Shown here: piece by piece, positions 40,620-51,076 of the stretch | How the letters are laid out: each line of letters begins with the position of its first letter | Numbering within the stretch: the first letter of the stretch is position 1 | DNA from: an uncultured Candidatus Rokubacteria bacterium | GTDB taxonomy: Bacteria; Methylomirabilota; Methylomirabilia; Rokubacteriales; CSP1-6 | NCBI GenBank assembly: GCA_963754315.1 | Contig: CAVWFS010000008.1 | Span: 320,001-384,000, forward strand | DNA: 64,000 nucleotides | Reading direction: 5' to 3' | Translations under genes and position numbers: made by a program | The notes under the pieces: generated by a model | The model's database searches: none | What the model was told of the DNA's origin: nothing | Seen by the model: only the letters and a program-made list of their open reading frames with translations

Positions 40620-42269
40620 TCAGGGCTCGCCGAGCCTCGATGGCGGGAGGCTGAAGACGTTCGCGGGCTCGTGCTGGAGGTCGTGGTCTCGTCGAAGGCG
40701 CTGCACCATACCGAGCGCATACGGAGCGCCCTCCAGGAGCTGAGCCTGCATGAGTTCGTCGAGCTGAAGGCCTGCGCGACGGGCGGCCTGCACGCACAGA
40801 TCGCGCGTGAGGGTGTCGGACTCGGCCGAACCGGACAGGACGGGAGGGGGGATCACGGTGGGCGCCGCTGCCCCGGACACGAGTCCCGGTCGTCGTCGGT
40901 GCCACTCCGTCGCCTGCTCGTAGGCGTGGCCCACACGGAGGATGGTCGGCTCATCAAACGGCCGCCCCACGATCTGCATGCCGAGCGGGAGCCCATTGCG
41001 CCCGAAGCCATTGGGAAGCTCCAGCACGGGCTGCCCCGTCACGTTCCAGGCGGTGAGCAGACTCGGCTTCTGCCAGAAGGAGACACTTCGATAGTCGGCC
41101 AGCGTGGGAGCCTCGCCCAGGCCCGCCGTGACGAAGGCGTCGAATCGTCGGTAGAGTGGTTCCATCTCCACCATCATCCGTCGATGCTCGCGCATCGCCT
41201 GGACGTAGTCGTGGGCCGTGAAGAGCACCGAAGGAAGCGCGCGGGAACGAAAGTCGGCGCCGAAATCCTGGGGCCGGGCTCGCAGAGACTTCTCGTGGAC
41301 ACTGAAGATCTCGCTCTCGGCGATGATGATCTTGACGTCGAAGTAGCTCGCGAGCGGCCTCACCCGGCATTCCTCGAGCTCTGCTCCCAGCCGGCGCAGA
41401 ACTTCCAGCGCAGACTCCATGGCGTGACGGACGTCATCCGAGGCCGGGATATCTGCCTCCCAGTGATGACGCAGGACCCCGATCCGGAGCCCGCGCAGAT
41501 CCTGACCCAGAACCTCTCGATAGGCGGGGATCGGTCGCCGCACGCTTCCCGCATCTCTGGGGTCGTAGCCCGCCAGCGCCTGGAGAACGAGGGAGCAGTC
41601 CTCGACGGTCCGGGCCAGCGGCCCGCAGTGATCGAACGTGTACGAGTTGGTGATGACCCCAGCCCGGCTCACCAGACCGAAAGTCGGCATGAGACCGACC
41701 ACGCCGCAATGCGAGGCCGGGCCTCGGATCGAGCCGCCGGTATCGGAACCGAGGGCCACCGGGACCAGACCTGCAGCGACGGCTGCCCCCGATCCAGAGG
41801 AAGACCCACCCGTGAAGTGAGCGAGGTGCCAGGGGTTCCGGGCAGGGGGCCAGGGCAGATCGAACGAGGGGCCGGCATGCGCCATCTCATGCGTCGCCAG
41901 CTTCCCGAGCAGCACGGCTCCGGCCGCGTAGAGCTTGGCGGTGGTGGTGGCGTCTTCGCTCGGCACCCGATCGATGAAGATGCGCGAATGGCCCGAGGTG
42001 AGAATGCCCTTCGTGTCGTAGATGTCCTTGAGCGCGAACGGGATCCCGTGCAGCGCGCCCCGATAGTGGCCGGCCGCGATCTCGGCCTCGGCCTTCCGGG
42101 CCTGGCGCTGGGCCAACTCGAACGTGGGCGTGATGAACGCATGGGTCTGCTCGTCGTATTCCTCGACGCGTCGGATCAGCGTCTCGACCAGCTCCACAGG
42201 CGACAGCTTTCGGGCCGCGATGAGCTCGCCGAGGTGCCCGATGGAGAGATCGTGCAGGTCAGTCGCCAC
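40620..42269 (-). CDS. Amidase signature family enzyme (GatA/AtzE-like) with C-terminal extension
   Basis: [28 protein letters not shown]; ~80 extra residues ending EPANVF. Confidence 0.9.
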   Translation of the reverse strand: MATDLHDLSIGHLGELIAARKLSPVELVETLIRRVEEYDEQTHAFITPTFELAQRQARKAEAEIAAGHYRGALHGIPFALKDIYDTKGILTSGHSRIFIDRVPSEDATTTAKLYAAGAVLLGKLATHEMAHAGPSFDLPWPPARNPWHLAHFTGGSSSGSGAAVAAGLVPVALGSDTGGSIRGPASHCGVVGLMPTFGLVSRAGVITNSYTFDHCGPLARTVEDCSLVLQALAGYDPRDAGSVRRPIPAYREVLGQDLRGLRIGVLRHHWEADIPASDDVRHAMESALEVLRRLGAELEECRVRPLASYFDVKIIIAESEIFSVHEKSLRARPQDFGADFRSRALPSVLFTAHDYVQAMREHRRMMVEMEPLYRRFDAFVTAGLGEAPTLADYRSVSFWQKPSLLTAWNVTGQPVLELPNGFGRNGLPLGMQIVGRPFDEPTILRVGHAYEQATEWHRRRPGLVSGAAAPTVIPPPVLSGSAESDTLTRDLCVQAARRAGLQLDELMQAQLLEGAPYALGMVQRLRRDHDLQHEPANVFSLPPSRLGEP

Positions 42270-42298
42270 GAAAGTTCACGCCGATAAGTTCGAGCATG

Positions 42299-43603
42299 CT
42301 ACCAGGGAAGGATGGCCGGCTCGTACTTCTCGATCCGGTCCTCGATCGCCATGTGCGGCTCGATCCCATAGAGGCGCCGGGCGTTTGCCCCCATCAGCTT
42401 CTGTTGGGCGGGAGCCGGCACGTTGAACGTGGCCATGTGGTGAAGGCCCTCCCAGGCGTCCTCGGCATCATGATGCGGATAGTCCGAGGACCAGATGGCG
42501 ATGTCCTGGAACACGTCCCACAGGCGATAGACCAAGGGTTCGTCCGACTCGAAGCCGATGAAGCAACGCTCGTGAAACACCTCCACCGGATCGCGGATGA
42601 GTCGATTGTCACGCTGGAACGCGAACAGGTTCGAGAAGTTGGAGCTCCGGGCGAGGATGAGGGGCAACCAAGAGGCGTTCGATTCCAGCACGGCCGCCTT
42701 CAGGCGCGGAAACTTCTCCAGCCAGCCGGTCTGCACGACCACCGTCACCCAGGTCATCGCCTCCATCAGGAAGCCCAAGGTTTCGGAGGCGTCGATGGCG
42801 GGATCCATGGCCGCCGTGATGTTCGAGACGAACTGGCCGGGCGAGTAGACGACCGGCTCGTCGGTAAACAACAGACCCTGCCCTGAATCGCCTCGCGCCT
42901 GAGACATACGCTGACCCCATTCGGGGGTCAGCGCCTCGCGGGAAGGAAACGTGTGCATGGCGAGTACGACACCCGTGGCCTCGAACTCGCGCCACAGAGG
43001 GTCGAACTCGGGCAGGGTAGGATAGCGCCCGTTCCAGAAGCAGGGACGAACGGCAGCTGCCTTGAAGCCCAGGGTCGCGACCCGCTTGAGCTCTGCGATT
43101 GAGGTCTCCACGCTCTGCAAGGGCAGCACGGCGCACGGAAAGAGCCGCTTGCGGTCGGCCGCGCAATAGTCGAGCACCCAGTCGTTGTAGGCGCGGGCCA
43201 AGATGGTGGCGGCCTCAGCGCTGCGGACGAGGGCCAGTCGCACGAACCAGGTCGGGAACAGCATGACCTGGTCGGTGCCGAGCGCGTCCATGTCGTTCAG
43301 GCGTGCGTGCGGATCACGGCAACCGAGCAGCCGCCCGAACTTCTCCCGCCAGGGGGCAGTGCCCGGGGTGAGCTTCCCCACCTCCTTTTTGTCCCACCGA
43401 GCCCAGCCGACCTCGGCCGCGTTCGAGCGTTCACGGGCGGCGGGGACCACCCGGCCGTTGATGAACAGCAGGTTGCTGTCGGTGTGAAAGCAGAACTGGC
43501 TCTTGATCCAGGCACGGTTCTTGGCGGGAACATACTCGTCCCAGACGGATGGCGGCTCGACGACATGGCTGTCGCAGTCGAAGACCGGAAAGTCCTTGCG
43601 CAT
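42299..43603 (-). CDS. Amidohydrolase_2 family protein
   Basis: DCDSHVVEP, ARAYNDW, EKFPRLK...LESNASW, WSSDYPHHD, NARRLY. Confidence 0.9.
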   Translation of the reverse strand: MRKDFPVFDCDSHVVEPPSVWDEYVPAKNRAWIKSQFCFHTDSNLLFINGRVVPAARERSNAAEVGWARWDKKEVGKLTPGTAPWREKFGRLLGCRDPHARLNDMDALGTDQVMLFPTWFVRLALVRSAEAATILARAYNDWVLDYCAADRKRLFPCAVLPLQSVETSIAELKRVATLGFKAAAVRPCFWNGRYPTLPEFDPLWREFEATGVVLAMHTFPSREALTPEWGQRMSQARGDSGQGLLFTDEPVVYSPGQFVSNITAAMDPAIDASETLGFLMEAMTWVTVVVQTGWLEKFPRLKAAVLESNASWLPLILARSSNFSNLFAFQRDNRLIRDPVEVFHERCFIGFESDEPLVYRLWDVFQDIAIWSSDYPHHDAEDAWEGLHHMATFNVPAPAQQKLMGANARRLYGIEPHMAIEDRIEKYEPAILPW

Positions 43604-43642
43604 GTACTATTCTATTGTCCGGAATCGGGAAGACGCCTGTCA

Positions 43643-44401
43643 ATGAGCTCAGGACTCGAACGCTTCTCGCTGTCCGGGCGTGTTGCTCTGGTCACCGGCG
43701 CCACACGAGGGCTCGGGCTCGAGATTGCGCGCGGTATGGCGGAGGTTGGCGCGGTGGTCGGGATCAACGGCCGCGATGCGGTGCGGGCCCGTGACATCGC
43801 GAAGAGCATTCCGAACGCCTTCCCCGCCCCCTTCGATATCACCGACTTGACAACCGCGGCGGCGACCATCGACGACATCGTGGCGCGCCACGGCCGTCTC
43901 GATTGCCTTGTCAATAACGCGGCGGTGCGCGACCGCCGGCGGTTGCAAGACATTTCAGCACAGGACTTCCGCCGTCTGATCGAAACCAATCTGGTGGCTC
44001 AATACGAGCTCTCTCGTGTGGCCGCTCGGCACATGGTGACGCGAGGTCAGGGCCGGCTCGTGTTCATCAGTTCCATGGTGGGCTCGCAGTCATTCCAGGG
44101 CGATCCCGCCTATGTCGCCTCGAAAGGCGGACTGGAGGCGCTGATGCGCGCGCTCGCGGTTGAGCTTGGCGAGAACGGGATCATCGCCAACGCCATCGCG
44201 CCCGGCTTCTTCCTCACCGACGCGAACGCGCCCTTCTTCTCGCAGCCACGCCTGGTCGAGTTGGCGCGTCGGATCCCGCTGCAGCGCTTCGGCCGTCCCG
44301 ACGAGCTCGTGGGGGTTGCCATCTTCCTGGCCTCCGACGCCGCGTCCTACATCACGGGCCAGGTGCTGACGGTGGACGCCGGGCTCTCCATCGCGCTGTA
44401 G
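43643..44401 (+). CDS. Classical SDR (gluconate 5-dehydrogenase-like)
   Basis: TGATRGLG, LVNNA, YVASKGG, NAIAPGFF. Confidence 0.9.
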   Translation: MSSGLERFSLSGRVALVTGATRGLGLEIARGMAEVGAVVGINGRDAVRARDIAKSIPNAFPAPFDITDLTTAAATIDDIVARHGRLDCLVNNAAVRDRRRLQDISAQDFRRLIETNLVAQYELSRVAARHMVTRGQGRLVFISSMVGSQSFQGDPAYVASKGGLEALMRALAVELGENGIIANAIAPGFFLTDANAPFFSQPRLVELARRIPLQRFGRPDELVGVAIFLASDAASYITGQVLTVDAGLSIAL

Positions 44402-44418
44402 CCCTCGAGGATCGAACG

Positions 44419-47127
44419 ATGCGCGTGGCCATTCTGCCGTCGGGCGCACTGCTCGCGGAGGCGATATCGGACGAGGCGCCCGCGAGCGACGGCCTATCCG
44501 TCTCGGCGCGCGCGCGCGTCGCGCGCGCATTCGGGCGGGGGGCTGGATACGCCCTGCTCGACCTGGGCGCGACCGAGCTCGATTCCTCACTCGCTCCTCC
44601 GCTCGCGTTCCTGCGCGACATCGGTCGAGCCTTCGTGACCAGGCTCTGCGCCATCCCTGATCTCGAGGAGCGGCGCGAGCGAGTCGAGGTCGACTGCCCG
44701 CCCGACGAGCGCCTGCGGCTGGCGGCCGCGGTGCCGCCCATGGACGGCGGCGAGTATGTCGACGCCGACTGGGTTGCCGCCCGGTGGGCGGACATCCAGC
44801 AGGCGTTTGTCGACGAGATCAGCGCTCACCGCGGTCCCGTCGCGAGCTGGCTGAGCGCGCGCCATCCTTCGTGGCACGTCGTCGGCAAGGTGTGCTTGCA
44901 CCTGGCCGAGAACCGTGGTGACGAGGAGCATCCGTTCGCCTTCCTGGCCACCTACGCAGTGAGCGCGGGACCCGGGGGTAAGGTGCAGCATCGTCCGCTG
45001 TCGCGTGCCCTCGAGGAGTCCTCCACACGCGGCGATCGTCAGGGGCTGCTGAACCTCCTGGTACCGTTGCAGCGAGCCGCCGAGCAGAGCACGTGGCTGG
45101 CCGAGCTGGTCGACTCGGGCGCCATCTACCAGGCGATGGCCTGGACACCCGCCGAGGCGCACCGCTTCCTGCACGCCATCCCGGCTTTCGAGGCGTCGGG
45201 GCTCGTCGTGCGCGTCCCCGATTGGTGGAGGCCTCGGCGCCCGCCCCGGCCTGAGGTCACCGTGCGCGTGGGCGAGAAGAGGCCGAGCGCGGTCGGTATG
45301 GACGCGCTGCTCGACTTCTCGGTGTCGGTCTCGATGGGAGACGACAAGCTCACCGCAGCCGAGCTACGCCAGCTTCTGGCGTCGTCCGATGGCCTGGTGC
45401 GGCTGCGTGGGCAATGGGTAGAGCTGGACCGTGAGCGGCTGCGCGAGGTGCTCGCCCACTGGGAGCGCGTCCGGCGCGATGCCGCGGAGGGTGGACTGTC
45501 GTTTCTCGAGGGTATGCGGCTGCTGGCCGGCGCCGCCCGCACGGACGACGATGCCGCAGCCCTCGCCGTCGGCGAGGGCTGGTCGCGGGTCGAGGCAGGC
45601 GCCTGGCTCGCGCGTACTCTCGACCAGCTACGCGGACCGGACGGGCTCGCGGCGGCCGATCCGGGAGACGACTTACACGGCACCTTGCGGCCCTATCAGA
45701 AAGTCGGTGTGGCGTGGCTGGCCTTTGCCTCCTCGCTGCGCCTCGGTGTCTGCCTGGCCGACGACATGGGACTGGGCAAGACCATCCAGGTGCTGGGTTT
45801 GCTGCTCCTGTACAAGCGGCGCGCGCGGCGGGGTGGCCCGCCGCATCTTCTGGTCGTGCCAGCGTCGCTCCTCGCCAACTGGCAGGCCGAGATCGAACGG
45901 TTTGCTCCGTCGCTGGCCACGCTCGTGGCCCATCCCTCCGTCATGCCCACGCGCGAGCTGACCGAGTTGACCGATGCCGATCTCGGCGGCATCGATCTGG
46001 TCATCACGACCTACGGGACATTGGCGCGCATCGGGGCGCTCCGCACCCGGGAATGGTCGCTGGCTATCCTCGACGAGGCACAAGCCATCAAGAATCCTGG
46101 CGCGCGGCAAACGCAGGCGGTCAAGACGTTGAAGGCCCACGCCCGCATCGCCCTCACCGGGACGCCCGTCGAGAACCGCCTCGGCGATCTCTGGTCCATC
46201 TACGATTTCCTCGACCCTGGCTTGCTGGGCTCGGCCCGGGAGTTCTCGGCGTTCGCCAAGCGCCTGGCCGACCGCCGGGACGACAGCTATGGGCCACTGC
46301 GCCGCCTGATCCAGCCCTATCTTCTGCGCCGACTCAAGACCGACCGGTCGATCGTGGCCGACCTGCCCGACAAGACCGAGGTGAAGGCCTTCTGCCTTCT
46401 CTCCGGACCACAGGCCGCGCTCTATCAGAAGACGGTCGACGAGCTGGCGCGCGCGATCGATGGGCTCACCCAGGGCATCGAGCGGCGTGGCCTGGTGCTC
46501 GCCTATCTCATGCGCTTCAAGCAGATCTGCAACCATCCCGCGCACTGGCTGGGCGAGGGCGCGTGGGACGAGGCGGGAAGCGGCAAGCTCGCGCGGCTGC
46601 GCGAGATCGTGGAAGCGGTGGCGGCCAAGCAGGAGAAGGTCCTCGTGTTCACCCAGTTTCGCGAGGCCACCGCGCCGCTGGCCACGTTCCTGTCGGGCCT
46701 GTTCGGACGCCCCGGGCTCGTGCTTCACGGCAGCACGCCGGTCAAGGACCGGGGCGGTCTCGTCCGGCGCTTCCAGGAGGACGCGGCCGTGCCGTTCTTC
46801 GTGCTATCGGTCAAGGCGGGAGGTGCCGGTCTCAACCTCACGGCGGCTTCGCACGTGGTGCACTTTGACCGGTGGTGGAACCCTGCCGTCGAGGACCAGG
46901 CGACCGACCGCGCGTACCGGATCGGCCAGCACAGGAACGTCCTCGTGCACAAGCTCGTGTGCCGGGGCACCGTGGAGGAGCGCATCGATCGGTTGATCGA
47001 AGACAAGCAAGCGATGGTGCGCGAAGTGCTGACAGGCGGCGGCGAGACCTTGCTCACCGAGATGAGCGATGCGGAGCTGATGGCCATGGTGGCGCTCGAT
47101 CTGCAGAGTGCGACCGCCGAGTCCTGA
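44419..47127 (+). CDS. SNF2/SWI2-family helicase
   Basis: LRPYQ, LADDMGLGKT, DEAQ, TGTPVEN, KQICNHP, GLNLT, WWNPAVEDQATDRAYRIGQ. Confidence 0.95.
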   Translation: MRVAILPSGALLAEAISDEAPASDGLSVSARARVARAFGRGAGYALLDLGATELDSSLAPPLAFLRDIGRAFVTRLCAIPDLEERRERVEVDCPPDERLRLAAAVPPMDGGEYVDADWVAARWADIQQAFVDEISAHRGPVASWLSARHPSWHVVGKVCLHLAENRGDEEHPFAFLATYAVSAGPGGKVQHRPLSRALEESSTRGDRQGLLNLLVPLQRAAEQSTWLAELVDSGAIYQAMAWTPAEAHRFLHAIPAFEASGLVVRVPDWWRPRRPPRPEVTVRVGEKRPSAVGMDALLDFSVSVSMGDDKLTAAELRQLLASSDGLVRLRGQWVELDRERLREVLAHWERVRRDAAEGGLSFLEGMRLLAGAARTDDDAAALAVGEGWSRVEAGAWLARTLDQLRGPDGLAAADPGDDLHGTLRPYQKVGVAWLAFASSLRLGVCLADDMGLGKTIQVLGLLLLYKRRARRGGPPHLLVVPASLLANWQAEIERFAPSLATLVAHPSVMPTRELTELTDADLGGIDLVITTYGTLARIGALRTREWSLAILDEAQAIKNPGARQTQAVKTLKAHARIALTGTPVENRLGDLWSIYDFLDPGLLGSAREFSAFAKRLADRRDDSYGPLRRLIQPYLLRRLKTDRSIVADLPDKTEVKAFCLLSGPQAALYQKTVDELARAIDGLTQGIERRGLVLAYLMRFKQICNHPAHWLGEGAWDEAGSGKLARLREIVEAVAAKQEKVLVFTQFREATAPLATFLSGLFGRPGLVLHGSTPVKDRGGLVRRFQEDAAVPFFVLSVKAGGAGLNLTAASHVVHFDRWWNPAVEDQATDRAYRIGQHRNVLVHKLVCRGTVEERIDRLIEDKQAMVREVLTGGGETLLTEMSDAELMAMVALDLQSATAES

Positions 47128-47157
47128 GTCATGGCGACTGCCGAGTCCTGAGTCATG
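47110..47157. repeat. 24-bp tandem duplication spanning the SNF2 stop and the next start codon
   Basis: GCGACCGCCGAGTCCTGAGTCATG followed by GCGACTGCCGAGTCCTGAGTCATG (1 mismatch). Confidence 0.9.
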
Positions 47158-47977
47158 GCGTGGTATGGACCGCGGCGGCTGGGACTACTTCCCGCCCTAC
47201 GTGTCGGTGGCGGAGAAGAAGGCGCACGGCGCCCAGGCGCTCGCCAAGCTCTTGAAGAAGAGCAGGCGCACGCCCGAGCCGGTGGTGATCGCGCACCGCA
47301 AGCGGCAGCTCACCACGACGTTCTGGGGTACGGCCTGGGCCGACAACCTCGAGCGCTATGCCGACCTGGCCAATCGCCTGCCGCGCGGCCGCGCCTACCT
47401 CCGCAACGGCTCGGTGCTGGACCTGGCAATCGTCAAGGGCGAGGTCGAGGCATACGTGGCCGGCAGCGAGCTGTACCGGGTGACGATCGGCATCGCCCCC
47501 CTTGCCAAGATGCGCTGGCGCCGGGTCGTGACTCGCTGCACGGGCCGCATCGGATCGCTCGTCGGGCTGCTGCGCGGTGAGCTGTCCAACGATGTCCTGG
47601 CGGTCCTGTCCGACCCCAGGGACGGACTGTTCCCGGAGCCGCGCGAGATGCGGCTCGGCTGCTCATGTCCGGACCAGGCGGGTCTGTGCAAGCACCTGGC
47701 GGCGGTCCTGTACGGCATCGGCATCCGGCTCGACACGAGGCCGGAGCTGTTTTTCGTGTTGCGTCAGGTGGACCAGGCGGAGCTGCTCAGCTCGGCCACG
47801 GGCGGCGCCCTGTCGGGTGCGCGCCCCGTCCAGGGTAAACGCATCGCGGACGACCGGCTGTCGGCGGTGTTCGGAATCGATCTGGACGTCGCGCCGTCGG
47901 CCCGCCCCGGGCTCAAGCAGCGGCGGCCACGTTCTGGTTCCCGCGGAAGAAATTCGCCGGATCGTACGTCGCCTTGA
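47155..47977 (+). CDS. SWIM zinc-finger protein (partner of SNF2 helicase); start uncertain, possible frameshift near 47170
   Basis: FWGTAW, NRLPRGRAYLRNG, LFP, CSCPD...CKH; MAWYG at 47155 joins RGGWDYFPPY by removing one C, alternative ATG at 47165. Confidence 0.88.
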
Positions 47978-47999
47978 TCGGCCGGGTTACCATCTCCCG

Positions 48000-48824
48000 G
48001 TGTCCACGACGACGCCCCGGCAGATCTCGCTCGCCCATCTGACTGTGCTCGACACCACCCCTCCGGAACTGGTCGAGGTCGCGGCAGCCGCGGGCTTCCG
48101 GACCATCGGCATCCGGCTCACGGCCACCCCGAGCGTGGGCGTGCCTCCCTACGACATACTGCGCGAGGGGCCGCTGCTGCGGGAGACCATGCTGCGTCTG
48201 TCCGACACGGGCGTGTCGGTACTGGACACGGAATTCCTGCGCTTCGAGCCCGAGCACCCGGTGGGCATCCCGGAAGGCTTCCTCGAGGTCTCGGCCCGTC
48301 TGGGGGCGCAGAACGTGCTGGTCATGAGCGCGGAGCCCGAGGAGGCTCGAACCTTGGAGCGGTTCTGCGATCTCTGTGACCGGGCGGCCTCGTACGGCTT
48401 ACACGTTTGTCTGGAGTTCGCGATCTATACGGGGGTCCGGACGCTCGCCGACGCCGCCCACATGGTGGCCCGGTCAAAGCGAACGAACGCATCCGTTCTG
48501 ATCGATGCGTTGCACTTCAGCCGCTCCGGAGGACTTCCCGCACATATTGGAGGTGTCGACCCGTCGCTCCTTCGGTACGCGCAGATCTGCGATGCCGGTC
48601 CGGACATGCCCGGCCCTGGCGACACCCCCGCGCTCATCCGTGAGGCTCGGACGGGCAGGCTCCTCCCAGGCGAGGGTGTCTTGCCTCTCAAGGAGCTGGT
48701 GGCGGCCTTACCCCGCACCGCGCCGCTGGCCGTAGAAGCGCCATGCCTTGTGACCGCTGATCTCCCCGCCCTCGAGCGGGCGAAGCGCGCGCATCGCGCC
48801 CTCTCCGCTCTCCTCGAAGCCTGA
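48000..48824 (+). CDS. Sugar phosphate isomerase/epimerase family TIM-barrel protein
   Basis: SLAHLT, LEF, IDALHFSRSG, QICD, RLLPGEG, VEAP. Confidence 0.85.
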   Translation: MSTTTPRQISLAHLTVLDTTPPELVEVAAAAGFRTIGIRLTATPSVGVPPYDILREGPLLRETMLRLSDTGVSVLDTEFLRFEPEHPVGIPEGFLEVSARLGAQNVLVMSAEPEEARTLERFCDLCDRAASYGLHVCLEFAIYTGVRTLADAAHMVARSKRTNASVLIDALHFSRSGGLPAHIGGVDPSLLRYAQICDAGPDMPGPGDTPALIREARTGRLLPGEGVLPLKELVAALPRTAPLAVEAPCLVTADLPALERAKRAHRALSALLEA

Positions 48825-48840
48825 ACCGCCCCCTCGAGAG

Positions 48841-49806
48841 TCAGTACAGGTGGCAGGCGACCTCGCCGCCACCGTCGCGAAGCTTCAACGTTGGCTCGAC
48901 GGTGGAGCAGATCGGCATCGCTGCCGGGCAGCGCGGGTGGAAGCGGCATCCGGGCGGCAGGTTGAGGGCGCTCGGGACCTCGCCGGCGATAACCTTCTCT
49001 CCGTGACGGTCGTCGGGATGCGCCGGCAGGGCGGCCGCGAAGAGGGCCTTCGTGTACGGGTGCATCGGTCGGGCGCACAGCGCATCGCTATCGGCCGACT
49101 CGACGATCTTGCCCAGATACATCACCGCGATGCGGTGACTGATGTGGGCCACGGTGGCGAGGTCGTGGCCGATGAACAAATAGCTGACGCCGAGGGTCCG
49201 CTGCAGGTGCTCGAGCTGGTTGATGATCTGGGCCCGGACCGAGACGTCGAGGGCGGAGACCGGCTCGTCCAGTACGATGAGGCGGGTATTCGTGGCCAGC
49301 GCCCTGGCGATGGCGATCCGCTGGCGCTGCCCGCCGCTGAATTCGTGTGGGAACAGCGGGGCCACGTCGGCCTGGAGCCCGACCAAGTCCAGGACTTCTG
49401 CCACGCGCTCACGAATGGCCCCCCGCGAGAGATCGGTGTGGATCTCCAGGGGCTCGCCGATGATGTCCTCCACCCGCATGCGCGGGCTCAGCGAGCTGAA
49501 CGGGTCCTGGAAGACTACCTGCACCGCTCGGCGGTAGCGCATGAGCGCCGGGCCTTCGAGGCCGGCGATATCCTGGCCCTCGAAGGCGATGGTGCCAGCC
49601 GTCGGTGTCTCCTGGCGAAGGATCAGCTTGGAGGTGGTCGTTTTCCCGCACCCGGACTCGCCGATCAGCCCCAAGGTCTCGCCCGCCTCGATGGTGAAAT
49701 CCACGCCGTCCACGGCCTTGACCCAGGTGGCGCTCGATCCGAACAGCCGCTGGCGTGCAGGAAAGTGCTTCTTCAGCCCCCGGACGTCAAGAACGGGTTC
49801 GGCCAT
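48841..49806 (-). CDS. Oligopeptide/dipeptide ABC transporter ATP-binding protein (OppF-like)
   Basis: GESGCGKT, FSGGQRQR, LDEP, HPYT, GCRFHPRCP. Confidence 0.93.
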   Translation of the reverse strand: MAEPVLDVRGLKKHFPARQRLFGSSATWVKAVDGVDFTIEAGETLGLIGESGCGKTTTSKLILRQETPTAGTIAFEGQDIAGLEGPALMRYRRAVQVVFQDPFSSLSPRMRVEDIIGEPLEIHTDLSRGAIRERVAEVLDLVGLQADVAPLFPHEFSGGQRQRIAIARALATNTRLIVLDEPVSALDVSVRAQIINQLEHLQRTLGVSYLFIGHDLATVAHISHRIAVMYLGKIVESADSDALCARPMHPYTKALFAAALPAHPDDRHGEKVIAGEVPSALNLPPGCRFHPRCPAAMPICSTVEPTLKLRDGGGEVACHLY

Positions 49807-50785
49807 GGTGTCCTGCGAGCGCGTCCTGACTTTCCAGGAGCCAGCACCGGGCGATACTCCCGTCGCCAAGGTCAACGTCTCTCGGCTCGTCGGTGAGGCA
49901 GCGTGGCTGGACCTCGGGACAGCGCGGGTGGAAAGGGCAGCCCGGCGGCAGGTTCGCGAGGTTGGGGGGCTGACCCGGAATCGAGTAGAGCGGCTCCTTG
50001 TTGCCAAGCTTCGGCATCGAGCCGACCAGCGCGCGCGTGTAGGGGTGCTTGGGGGCGTCGAACAGCTCCCGCACCGGCGCCTGCTCGACGATCTTCCCGG
50101 CGTACATCACGGCCACCCGGTCGCACATCTTGGCAACGATGCCCAGGTTATGGGTGACGAAGATCAGGGCCACCCCCGTCTCCTGCTGGATATCCTTGAG
50201 CAGATCGAGGTACTGCGCCTGGATGGTGACGTCGAGGTTGGTGGTTGGCTCGTCGGCGATCACGAGCCGCGGCCCCCCGGCGAGGGCGATGGCCCCCACG
50301 ATGCGCTGGCGCATGCCGCCACTCATCTGGTGCGGATAGTCGCGCATGCGCCACTCGGGGGAGGGGATACGTACAGCTCTGAGCAGCTGCTGCACGCGCT
50401 GTCGCAGAGAGCGCCCGCGCAGCTGCTGGTGAAAGAAGGCGGGCTCCGCCACCTGTCGGAAGATCGTGAAGAGTGGGTTCAGCGACGCCATGGGGTCCTG
50501 CAGGATCACGGCGATCCGTCGGCCGCGGATCCGCCGCAATTCACGCTGGCTCTTACTGGTGAGCTCCTCGCCCTCGAAGCGGACGCTGCCGCCCACGATG
50601 CGGGCCCCTCGCGGCAGGAGTCCCACAATCGAGAGGCACGTCGTGGTCTTTCCGCTTCCCGACTCGCCGACGAGGCCCAACGTCTCGCCTTCGTGGAGCG
50701 AAAAGCTCACGTGGTCCACCGCCCTCACCACCCGTGTCCCGCCAAAAGTGGAGAAGTGCGTCTGCAGATCGGTAACCTCCAACAC
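49787..50785 (-). CDS. Oligopeptide/dipeptide ABC transporter ATP-binding protein (OppD-like); true start may be 51075
   Basis: GESGSGKT, MSGGMRQR, ADEPT, HPYT, GCPFHPRCP. Confidence 0.92.
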   Translation of the reverse strand: MLEVTDLQTHFSTFGGTRVVRAVDHVSFSLHEGETLGLVGESGSGKTTTCLSIVGLLPRGARIVGGSVRFEGEELTSKSQRELRRIRGRRIAVILQDPMASLNPLFTIFRQVAEPAFFHQQLRGRSLRQRVQQLLRAVRIPSPEWRMRDYPHQMSGGMRQRIVGAIALAGGPRLVIADEPTTNLDVTIQAQYLDLLKDIQQETGVALIFVTHNLGIVAKMCDRVAVMYAGKIVEQAPVRELFDAPKHPYTRALVGSMPKLGNKEPLYSIPGQPPNLANLPPGCPFHPRCPEVQPRCLTDEPRDVDLGDGSIARCWLLESQDALAGHHGRTRS

Positions 50786-50801
50786 GACCGGCCCGAGGGG
50801 A

Positions 50802-51075
50802 CGCTGGGGGGCCAGATCGGGGCCCGAAGCTGGCGGATGACCGAGGGGCGCCCCGGCTGGCCGGGGAGACCCGAACGCTGGGGGGCTGGGGGGCCAGTCG
50901 GGGCCCCGAAGCTGGCGGATGACCGAGGGGCGCCCCGGCTGGGCCGGGGAGACCCGAACGTGGGGGGCTGGGGGCCAATCGGGGCCCGAAGCTGGCGGAT
51001 GACCGAGGGGCGCCCCGGCTGGGCCGGGGAGACCCGAACGTGGGGGGTCTGGGGGGCCATATCGGGGCCCCCCAT
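50802..51075. repeat. Tandem array of three ~81-bp GC-rich palindromic (REP-like) units plus partial flanking copy
   Basis: CGAAGCTGGCGGATGACCGAGGGGCGCCCCGGCTG(G)GCCGGGGAGACCCGAACG starts at 50825, 50907, 50987; internal hairpins CCCCGGC-TGG-GCCGGGG and GGGGGGCC-ATATCGG-GGCCCCCC. Confidence 0.92.
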
Positions 51076-51076
51076 A

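Noticed and set aside
40620..42269. True gatA
   Set aside because: No gatB/gatC nearby; catabolic context and extra C-terminal domain indicate a general amidase
40032..42287. 751-aa plus-strand ORF (also 26868..28853, 49541..51619, 12637..14205, 54704..56197, 62247..63566)
   Set aside because: Antisense shadows of well-supported genes; long open antisense frames are expected at this GC content and carry no recognisable motifs
44419..47977. SNF2 + SWIM as a novel anti-phage system
   Set aside because: This two-gene pairing is already known in bacteria, and no nuclease, methylase or other defence genes flank it
50802..51075. Possible CRISPR array
   Set aside because: Units are contiguous with no unique spacers, and no cas genes occur in the window
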